Shown here: positions 9,998-19,658 of the stretch, in pieces
Position numbering within the stretch: position 1 is the first letter of the stretch
How the letters are laid out: the number at the start of each line of letters is the position of its first letter
Assembly (NCBI GenBank): GCA_028826165.1
Contig: JAPDFW010000036.1
Coordinates: 1-59,795 of the forward strand
Direction: 5' to 3'
Source: Anaeramoeba ignava BMAN
Lineage: Eukaryota > Protista > Anaeramoebae
Length of the DNA: 59,795 nucleotides
The notes under the pieces: model-generated
What the model was told of the DNA's origin: nothing
Seen by the model: the letters and a program-made list of their open reading frames with translations, nothing else
Database searches by the model: none
Made by a program: the position numbers and the translations under genes

Positions 9998-12085
9998 TTA
10001 AAGATCTAAATTATCTTGAAGTTCTTTTTCTTCTTGTTTTTGATTTAGATTTTTGGTTTGTTTTTGTTTTTTTGTTCTTGTTTTTTTCTGATATAAAAGA
10101 ATTGCAATAATAACTATTAAAATAATAAGAATTGGAATAAATATTCCAATAGTTATTGCTGTTGTGTTGGAATTGTTTGAATCAGTTGATTGAGTTGGTT
10201 GATAAGGAGATAATATTGTAATTGATGTTGTTGAATTAATTCCTGAATATTCATTATTTAAACAATTTAATGTAGATGATTGTTGAACTGAAATTTCATA
10301 ATATTCTCCTCCTTGTAATCCTGAAATTGAATAGTAATTGATTAAATTTGTTAAACAAATTGAAGTTGAATTGTAAGTAAATGAATATGCTTTTAATCCA
10401 CCTGATAAAATTAATGAATTCCAACTACAAACAAATCCATTAATTAATGAATAACAATTTAATGAAGTAATATTTCCTAATTTAGCTCTTGTTGAAATAA
10501 TTGAACTTGGTTCTCCTAAATATGGTGTTTCACAATTTAAATCAATACATCCTCGAATTGAAATATTATATTCAATATTTCCTGATATTTCACTTATTAT
10601 TCCAATTATTTCATTTCCACTTAAATCAAGAGATGTGAATTTTTGCCAATTTGTTCCATTATCAAGTGAAATTGAATAATTATTTGCATTTGTTAATTTT
10701 GTGAAATTAAATTCAATTTCTTCAATTTTGGAAATTGTTTCATAAATTGTTGGAGATGTTAAATTATCAGTTTTAATTGAAATTGATGAAATATATCCAC
10801 ATTTTCCATTTGAATTACATGCTGATATATTGATTTGATATTCTTGATTTTGAAATTGAACTGTAAATTGTTGATTTGATGAAGTTGGTTGATAATTTCC
10901 TGAATCATTTTGATAAATTGATTGATAAGTTAAATTATAATAAAATGGAATTGAACACTTAATAATTGGTTGATTCCAATTACAATTAATATCTATTAAA
11001 TTTGAAATTGAACATGTTAAATTTGTAACTTCTCCAAATAATAATGAAATTGATGATTCAACAATTTCTCCTTTATCATCTCCTTCACATTCATGTGTTC
11101 TACATCCAAAAATTGAAATATTATAATCATTTTCAGATTCAAAATTATTCAAAAAATAATCAAGTGAAGAATTATCAACTGAAATGAAAGATATTAAATC
11201 AGGTTGAGATTGAATGAAATAAGAAAGATTATAATGATCAAGATGAGCAATTCCTTCATTGATTTGAACATTTGGATAATTCCATGTAACATTAATTGAA
11301 TTATTTGAAGGATTTGATAATTGGAAATATTTTACAGAATCAATTTTTGTTGATAAATTAATGAAAGAAGAAGATTCACCACATTTCATTGATGTTTCAT
11401 TATCACAAGCTTTGATTTGAATTGAATAATATTCATTTCCAGTAATATTATCATAAATTGAAGAATTAAATTGTTGATAATAAACATTCTCATCTTCAAG
11501 AATTGGATAATCAATATCAATCCAATCAAAACCATAATTGATTTGATATTTCAAATTTGGAATTTGAATTTCATCCCAATAACAATCAAATGATGAAAAT
11601 GAAGATGAGCAATTAATAATATTAACTTGAGGAATCTGTATAAATTGATAAACAAATGCTTGATTTGCACCATCAGTTCCAATAACAGTAAAATTCTCAT
11701 AAATTGAAACAGAATATCCAAAATATGAAGCTGATTCATTCAAATTTTGTTCTTGATTCCAAATTAATCCATTATATCTGTAAATAAATGCTTGATTTGC
11801 ACTATAAGCTCCAATAACAGTAACATTCTCATAAATTGAAACACTCCATCCAAAATAATCTCCTGATGAACCTGAAAATTGATCTAATAAATTCCAAATC
11901 CAAACTTCATTGAAAGAAGAATAATATCTTGTTGTTTCTGTTAATGTTTTTATTTCTTTTAATATTGGTAATATTGATATTAATGATGATTGAATTGATT
12001 TTTGATTTTGATTTTGGTTTGATTGAATTAAGAAAATATTGATAATTAAGAAAAAGAAAAAGGAAAAGAAAAGATTTAATTTCAT
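9998..12085 (-). CDS. Receptor-like protein, array copy A (695 aa) with only 2 FG-GAP repeats
   Basis: Intact ORF near-identical to copy B except for five missing blades. Confidence 0.9.
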   Translation of the reverse strand: MKLNLFFSFFFFLIINIFLIQSNQNQNQKSIQSSLISILPILKEIKTLTETTRYYSSFNEVWIWNLLDQFSGSSGDYFGWSVSIYENVTVIGAYSANQAFIYRYNGLIWNQEQNLNESASYFGYSVSIYENFTVIGTDGANQAFVYQFIQIPQVNIINCSSSFSSFDCYWDEIQIPNLKYQINYGFDWIDIDYPILEDENVYYQQFNSSIYDNITGNEYYSIQIKACDNETSMKCGESSSFINLSTKIDSVKYFQLSNPSNNSINVTWNYPNVQINEGIAHLDHYNLSYFIQSQPDLISFISVDNSSLDYFLNNFESENDYNISIFGCRTHECEGDDKGEIVESSISLLFGEVTNLTCSISNLIDINCNWNQPIIKCSIPFYYNLTYQSIYQNDSGNYQPTSSNQQFTVQFQNQEYQINISACNSNGKCGYISSISIKTDNLTSPTIYETISKIEEIEFNFTKLTNANNYSISLDNGTNWQKFTSLDLSGNEIIGIISEISGNIEYNISIRGCIDLNCETPYLGEPSSIISTRAKLGNITSLNCYSLINGFVCSWNSLILSGGLKAYSFTYNSTSICLTNLINYYSISGLQGGEYYEISVQQSSTLNCLNNEYSGINSTTSITILSPYQPTQSTDSNNSNTTAITIGIFIPILIILIVIIAILLYQKKTRTKKQKQTKNLNQKQEEKELQDNLDL

Positions 12086-12138
12086 TTTTTGTTTTGTTTT
12101 TTGTTTTCTTTTAATGTTAATTTAAATTTAAATTTAAA

Positions 12139-13974
12139 TTAAAATATGGAACATTTATCTGTTTTATCTTTTTCTTGTTTCTTTTTCAATAATTTCTCTT
12201 TAAATTGTTTTTCTTTTTCTATTTGATTTTGATTATTAAATTTATTAATTAATAAATCAAATAAATTTGGATTTGTTTGATTTAATTGAAAATAATCAAT
12301 TCCAATTTGAATTTCATTAATTATTTCTTGTGTAATTTGAATTCCATTTTTAATTTGATTTGAATAAATCCAATATTCTAATATTTGAAATGATTTATTA
12401 CTTAATTCACTATAATCTGTAACTTTATTAGATTTATCTTCAGTTACAGATAAAAACATTCCTCGATATAATTCACTTCTCATTATTAATATTAATTTAG
12501 GAAATTTATATTTCTTTTCTTTTCTTTCAATAATAAAATCTTTTTCATCTTCATTTAAATAAATTCTTTTCATTGTTTCTTCAATTTTTTCATTTGAATT
12601 TATAATTTCTTTAATTTCAGAATATAATTTCGGATTTATTTTGGAATTATTTGAATAAATCATTTCAAATATTTGATTTGATTCTTTAATTGATTTTTTT
12701 GAAATAATTTCTTGAAGTTTTTCAATTTGATTTTGATTTTGATTTAATCTATATTTCAATATTAATTTATGAGCTTTGATTATTTCTCCATTTTCGGTTT
12801 TAAATGAAATATCACAAAATTCTTTTCTTCTAAATAGTTTTATTAAATCTTCTTCAAGATTGGAAAAAGGAGGAGGAGAATAATAAAGAAATGTTTTATC
12901 ATTCCCACAAGAAATACGATAACTGGAAATATTTTCATTAAATCTTAATTTAGGAAGTTCAATTTGAATTGGAATTATTTGATTTTCTGTATCTCCAGTT
13001 CCTAATTGACCATAAGAATTATCTCCAAATCCAATCAATTTTGAATTAGATGTTAAAATCAAAGTATGATTAATTCCAACAGAAAAATCAAGAATATTAT
13101 CATCATTTTCAAATAAAGATGATTTAATTTCAGTAAATTCATTTGTGTAGGCTATCTTTAAAATCCCATTTCGAGTATAATATCCACATGAATAAAGTTT
13201 TCTTTTTGGATTTTCATTTTCATTTTCAATCAACATTATTGAATGAAATTCTCCACTTTGAATATCAATTATTTTACCTTTTGGAATATTTTGAATTTTG
13301 GTTAATTTTCGGATTCTTGTTTCTCTTATTGATTCTCCTAATCCAAGTTGATAATATTGGTTATCACCGCAAACAAATAGTTCTTGATTTGAATTTAAAA
13401 GAAAAACATGATCTGAATCAATTCCTGAAAATATTTTAGAAACATTTTTCATCATTAAAATTGGTTTTTCTGTTTTTGGAAGTGTTTCAGAATCAAAACC
13501 AAGTTGGCAATATCCATTTGAACCAATTCCATAAGCATTTTGATTTGAAGTTAATAAGTAAATTGATTTAGCTCCAGAAACAACATCTTGAATTATTCTA
13601 TCATTTGTATCTTCAATTAATGATGAAATATTGATAAATTCATTTGGATTATTTGGATTAATATTTTTTCCTTTGGCAAATACATTTCCTTCTATTGTTA
13701 AAATAGCTTCATTTTCATAACCAACAGTTACTTTTTGAATATTTTCTTCAATTTGTATTTTTTTATTTGAATCATTTAAATATTCTATTGCTTTTCCATT
13801 TTCAAAAAGGAGAATTGTTGAAAAATAACTTGTTGAAATTTGTTTAATTTGTTTTTCATTTTCATTTTCATTTTCATTTTCAAATTTAAATTGAATTGGT
13901 TTTATTATTATATATGGTTCATTTTCGATAAGAATTGGTTTTTCATTTTGACCAAAAAATATAATTTCATTCAT
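12139..13974 (-). CDS. RCC1-repeat plus tandem BTB/POZ protein with C-terminal CaaX (CSIF)
   Basis: RCC1 motifs (GSNGYCQLG, GDNQYYQLG, GINHTLIL..GDNSYGQLG); BTB motifs FCDISF..IKAHKLIL and KDFII..LILIMRSELYRGMF; ends KDKTDKCSIF*. Confidence 0.88.
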   Translation of the reverse strand: MNEIIFFGQNEKPILIENEPYIIIKPIQFKFENENENENEKQIKQISTSYFSTILLFENGKAIEYLNDSNKKIQIEENIQKVTVGYENEAILTIEGNVFAKGKNINPNNPNEFINISSLIEDTNDRIIQDVVSGAKSIYLLTSNQNAYGIGSNGYCQLGFDSETLPKTEKPILMMKNVSKIFSGIDSDHVFLLNSNQELFVCGDNQYYQLGLGESIRETRIRKLTKIQNIPKGKIIDIQSGEFHSIMLIENENENPKRKLYSCGYYTRNGILKIAYTNEFTEIKSSLFENDDNILDFSVGINHTLILTSNSKLIGFGDNSYGQLGTGDTENQIIPIQIELPKLRFNENISSYRISCGNDKTFLYYSPPPFSNLEEDLIKLFRRKEFCDISFKTENGEIIKAHKLILKYRLNQNQNQIEKLQEIISKKSIKESNQIFEMIYSNNSKINPKLYSEIKEIINSNEKIEETMKRIYLNEDEKDFIIERKEKKYKFPKLILIMRSELYRGMFLSVTEDKSNKVTDYSELSNKSFQILEYWIYSNQIKNGIQITQEIINEIQIGIDYFQLNQTNPNLFDLLINKFNNQNQIEKEKQFKEKLLKKKQEKDKTDKCSIF

Positions 13975-14044
13975 TTTTGAAAAGAAAAAAAATGAAAAAA
14001 AATTTTTGGATTTTTAATTTTTTTATTTGATTGAAATTTTAATT

Positions 14045-17000
14045 TTAATAATCTTTTTCATCATCAAAACCAAAATCAATATTCCAATCAGAAACAGTAT
14101 TTGATTCTTTTGGTAAATTTTGATTATCTGATTGTAATTGTTGGAAAAGAAAATTTGAATCATTTTGGATTGATTTTTGAGAAGAATCATTTGGATCATT
14201 TTTTTGATTAAAAGAATCCATTAATAAATCATCAAAAAGATTTTTTTCGTCATTATTTTGCCAATCATTTGTTTCATTCATAAAAGAATTTTTCAAGTCA
14301 GTTTCTTTTTCAATTCCATTCATAATATCTTCTTCAAAAGTCCAATCATCCCAACCTTGAGGAAGTATTTCTTTCTTATTTTGCTTGCTTCTTGAAGTTA
14401 AATCAAGTCCTTTTTTGGGTGTTTTTTCAAAACTTATTAATAATCCTGATTCTGTATTTGTTTTTTCCTTTTCTTGTTGATTTGGTAGTATATTTTGACT
14501 TTTTTCTGATTTTTTTGGTTGATTTTGCATTTTTGAAGTGAGTGTTAAAGGTGAAGTATTTGATTTTTTGGGTTGGATTTGAGATAATTTATGTTGATTT
14601 TGAATTTTTGGAATTTCTTTTTTTGGTTTTTGGATTTTTTGATTCAACATTTTTTGATTTTCATTTTTCAAGTTATTTTGATTATGAATTTTTTGATTTT
14701 TCAAGATATTTTCATTTTTTTGATTTTGAATTTTTTGATTTTGAATTTTTGGATTTTGATTTTGATTTTTTGAATTTTCATTTTGATTTTTTGAATTTTC
14801 ATTTTGATTTAAATTTGGATTTGGTGAATTCTTTGTTTCTTCTCCTCTTCTTAATTTCTGTTGAACCCAACCCATTAAAGAAGATTTATTTTCAGAATTC
14901 TCAGGTTGAGAAAGTTCCTTTTCATGAATTTTGACACTTTCTTGTTCAAGCATTTCAACAAAAGCTTTTACAACAACAGCTCCCATTTTACGAACTTCAA
15001 AATCTGGATCAGCCAAAACAACACAAACTGAAGGTAAAAGTTTTCTTGCAGAAGAAGAGAAGGAATAAGAGTCTTTTGTGGCAAGTAAAGCTTTCAAAGA
15101 ATTAATTCTTGAGGGAGAAAAAGGGTCTTTTAAAGAGCGCAAAAAAACGGGTATCAAAATTTGCTCTTTTGTTGATTGTTTGAGATATTGAGCAATTTTT
15201 CCTAAGCAAATTATAGAGTTTGTACGGATTCCTGGTTCGGGATCCATTTGCAATTTTGAGATCAATCTAACGGCTTTGTTGTCTAAATTTTGCTCATTCA
15301 AACTTGGCGCAAAATGAACCATACATTTGAGCGTTAGTTCTCTTAAAAGAGGAGCAGAATCAGTGAATCCGTTGATGATGTTATTAAAAATCACTCCGTT
15401 GATATCTTGCTTTGAAAGAAACTTAATATAATCAGGAAGGTTTTCCAAAAGACCGATTCGAATGCTTCGGTTCATTGAAGAAAATAATTTCAAAATCACT
15501 GGGGCAATCATTGTTGTGTATTCTTCTTGGGTTAATAAAGACGTTATAATAAGAACTGGTCGCAAAACTTTGACATTGTTTGTCAGTTTGAGTTGTTCAA
15601 GAAGAATCGGCAATAGTTTCTGTTTCGAAACTTTTTCTGGTATTTTGGATATTAAAGTCGGGATTTTCTTGAAAAATGATTCGCGTTCATGTTCGCTTTT
15701 CAAGGCAATTGATTCGAGAAAATTGAGGGAAATGAAGTAGGAATTGTTCTGGAAAAAATCGCTTTTGATTGCGGTTTCTGGAGATATTCTATCGGTTGGG
15801 TTGCTTGCAGTTAATCCTGATATAATCTTAATAAGCTCATCTATGTTTTCTATTTGGCTTCCTTTAAACAATTTTTTGATTTGATGAGCTGAATAAAAAA
15901 TGTTATTATTTTTGCCTCCAAATTGAACTGTTGATAAAATTTCAGTCAAAAAACATCCAAGACAATAAGAATCAATTGCATGAATTGGTGACTGTTTTAT
16001 TTGGTTAATTGCTCTGCTTTCAATTTCTGGAGGTTGATATTTTAATCTATTTAGTTTGTTTGCTAAATCTTGTTGTGATAATTCATCAAATTTAATTGAG
16101 TGATCAAGTGTCCCTAATTTCCAATCTCCTCCTTCTGTTACAAAAATATTTGATGAATCTAGCGATCCGTGAATTATTTTACATGAAGAATTAAGAAATT
16201 CTAGTGCAGTCTTTATAGATTTTAATATTAATATTAATTTTATAAATGAATTTTGATTTATAAATGAATTTTAATTTTAATTTTGATTTTAATTTTAATT
16301 TTAATTTTGATTTATAAATGAATTTTAATTTTATAAATGAATTTTGATTTTAAATGAATTTTGATTTATAAATGAATTTTAATTTTAATTTTATAAATGA
16401 ATTTTGATTTATAAATGAATTTTGATTTATAAATGAATTTTGATTTATAAATGAATTTTAATTTTAATTTTAATTTTAATTTTAATTTTAATTTTATAAA
16501 TGAATTTTATAAATGAATTTTGATTTTAATTTTAATTTTATAAATGAATTTTAATTTTAATTTTAATTTTATAAATGAATTTTAATTTTAATTTATAAAT
16601 GAATTTTAATTTTAATTTATAAATGAATTTTATAAATGAATTTTATAAATGAATTTTGATTTATAAATGAATTTTAATTTTAATTTTAATTTATAAATGA
16701 ATTTTAATTTTATAAATGAATTTTAATTTATAAATGAATTTTAATTTTATAAATGAATTTTATAAATGAATTTTAATTTTATATTTAATTTTATATTTAA
16801 TTTTATAATTTTATTTATAATTTTATTTATAATTTTATTTATAATTTTATAAATGAATTTTGATTTATAAATGAATTTTATAAATGTACTGCTAATTTAT
16901 AAATTCCCCATATTTTTTCATCAAAAGTTAAATTATTTAAAACTTGATTAAGAGGAATTGCAGGTTCTGTTATATAATATATCATTTGTTCATTTTCATC

Positions 17001-17333
17001 ACCTTCTAAATATTGAAGGAAATCAGGATGATGAGTTATTCTAATATTATGATATCCATTTGTCGCTAAATAAATTGCAGTTCTTTGTGTTGTTTGTTCA
17101 ATTTTTCTTAAAAAAATTGATACTTTTGAATTATCACTCTTTTTAAAAATTTCAATTTAATTTTTTCAATTTAATTTTTTCATTTTAATTTTTTCATTTT
17201 AATTTTTTAATTTAATTTTTAATTTTTAATTTTTTTTTACTTTTCTTTTTCCTTCATGAAGAACCCAATTTTCAAGTTGATATTGAGTTTCTCCAATTTC
17301 AAAAGGTAAACTGCTTGTAAATGTGTTTCCCAT
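14045..17333 (-). CDS. SCYL1: SCY1-like pseudokinase with HEAT repeats (SCYL1/Cex1 family), 3 exons
   Basis: Spliced model: MGNTFTSSLPF.. (ATG 17333), introns ~17139-17240 and 16211-16889 (GT-AG); kinase-like motifs IIHGSL..NIFVTEGGDWKLG; HEAT region GFTDSAPLLRELTLK, DPEPGIRTNSIICLGKIA. Confidence 0.92.
16211..16889. repeat. Intronic satellite (ATAAATGAATTTT / TTTTAA variants)
   Basis: Tandem repeat filling SCYL1 intron 2 between GT and AG. Confidence 0.9.
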
Positions 17334-17533
17334 TTAAATTTTTATTATTTAAAATTTCAAAAAAATAAGAAAAACAAAAAAACGTAAAATGAAAAATGAA
17401 ATTAAAAAAAAATGAAAAATAAAATTATTCTTATTTTTATCATTATTAGTCATTAAAAAAAATTTAAATAAAAAAAAATTAAATTAAAAAATTTTTTTTC
17501 ATTTTTTTCTTTTTTTCTTTTTTCTTTTTAATA
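17334..17533. promoter_or_regulatory. Putative bidirectional promoter SCYL1/RPL10A (200 bp)
   Basis: Head-to-head ATGs; TTTCATTTT motifs on each sense strand. Confidence 0.55.
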
Positions 17534-19459
17534 ATGTCGTACGTCATTTATATATCAATTTAAATTTTAATATTAATTTTAATTTTTAATTTTAATTTCT
17601 TTTACAAAATTGAAAATAAAGAAAATTAAATACAACTAATTTAGATCAAGCATTAAATCAAATTTACAATTATCTTTCAGAAAAAAAAAGAAAATTTACA
17701 GAAACATTTGAATTACAAATTACACTTAAAAATTATGATATTCAAAAAGATAAAAGATTTTCTGAATTTGTAAAACTTCCACATATAATAAAACCAAAAA
17801 TGAAAATATGTGTAATTGGAGATGAAACTCATTGTGAAGAAGCAAAAAATCTTTCAATACCTTTTGTTGATATTGGAACTATTAGCAGTTTTAGTGGAAA
17901 TGATAAACTTGCAAAACAATGGTGTATTTATTTTGGAAATTAAAATTCATTTTGAAAATTAAAATTAAAATTAAAATTAAAATTAAAATTAAAATGAAAA
18001 TTAAAATTGATATTAAAATTAAAATTAAAATTAAAATTCATTTATAAATTAAAATTAAAATTAAAATTCATTTTGAAAATTAAAATTAAAATTAAAATTA
18101 AAATTAATATTAAAATTAAAATTAAAATTAATATTAAAATTAATATTAAAATTAAAATTAAAATTAAAATTAAAATTAAAATTAAAATTAAAATTAAAAT
18201 TAAAATTAAAATTAATATTAAAATTAAAATTAAAATTAAAATTAAAATTAAAATTAAAATTAAAATTAAAATTAAAATTAAAATTAAATTAAAATTAAAA
18301 TTAAAAATTAAAATTAAAAATTAAAATTAAAATTAAAATTAAAATTAAAATTAAAATTAAAATTAAAATTAAAATTAAAATTAAAATTAAAATTCATTTA
18401 AATTAAAATTAAAATTAAAATTAAAATTAATATTAAAATTAAAATTAAAATTAAAATTAAAATTCATTTATAAATTAAAATTAAAATTAAAATTCATTTA
18501 AATTAAAATTAAAATTAAAATTAAAATTAAAATTAAAATTAAAATTAATATTAAAATTTAAAATTAAAAATTAAAATTAAAATTCATTTATAAATTAAAA
18601 TTCATTTATAAAATTAAAATTAAAATTACTATTAAAATTAAAATTAAAATTAAAATTAAAATTAAAATTAAAAAAATTAAAATTATTAAAATTAAAATTA
18701 AAATTAAAATTAAAATTAAAATTAAAATTAAAATTAAAATTAAAATTATTAAATTAAAATTAAAATTAAAATTAATATTAAAATTAATATTAAAATTAAA
18801 ATTAAAAATTAAAATTAAAATTAAAATTAAAATTAAAATTAAAATTAAAATTAAAATTAAAATTAAAATTAAAATTAAAATTAAAATTAAAATTAAAATT
18901 AAAATTAAAATTAAAATTAAAATTAAAATTAAAATTAAATTAATATTAAAATTAAAATTAAAATTAAAATTAAAATTAAAATTAAAATTAAAATTAAAAT
19001 TAAAATTAAAATTAAAATTAAAATTAAAATTAAAATTAAAATTAAAATTAAAATTAAAATTAAAATTAAAATTAAAATTAAAATTAAAATTAAAATTAAA
19101 ATTAAAATTATTAAGCAAAAAGATATGATGGTTTCTTAGCAAGTGATAAACTTCTTAAAAAAGTTACAAGAACTGTTGGTTCTCTTTTAAACAAATTAGG
19201 AAAATTCCCTAAAATTATAACACATGAAGATTCTTTAGAAGATAAAATTTTAGAAATGAAACAAACAATTCATTTCCAATTAAAAAAAGCATTAAATTTA
19301 AATACAGCAATTGGAACAACTGAATTATCAAAACAAGAATTAAAAGAAAATATTGTTTCAGCTTTAGATTTTTTGGTTTCTTTACTTAAAAAACGTTGGC
19401 AAAATATTGATAAAGTTTATTTAAAAAGTACAATGTCTCCAAGTTTTCAACTTTTTTAG
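17534..19459 (+). CDS. RPL10A: 60S ribosomal protein uL1 (RPL10A), divergent, 3 exons
   Basis: ATG 17534; introns 17539-17621 and 17924-19115; KKRKFTETFELQITLKNYDIQKDKRFS, YDGFLASD, FLVSLLKKRWQNIDKVYLKSTM. Confidence 0.93.
17924..19115. repeat. Intronic microsatellite (AAAATT)n, ~1.2 kb
   Basis: Directly visible; fills RPL10A intron 2. Confidence 0.95.
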
Positions 19460-19658
19460 AATTATCTTTTCTTTTGAAATAAACAAAAACCTTTTATTTT
19501 TTAGAATTAAATCTTTTTTTTTTCATTTTCAATAAATCTTTTTTTTTTTCAATTCCAAATTATTCAATCTTTTTTTTTTTCAATTTTTTATTCTAAATCA
19601 ATCTATAAATTTTATTTATAAAGAAACAAATTTATATTTTCTTTTTTGTTGTTTTCAT

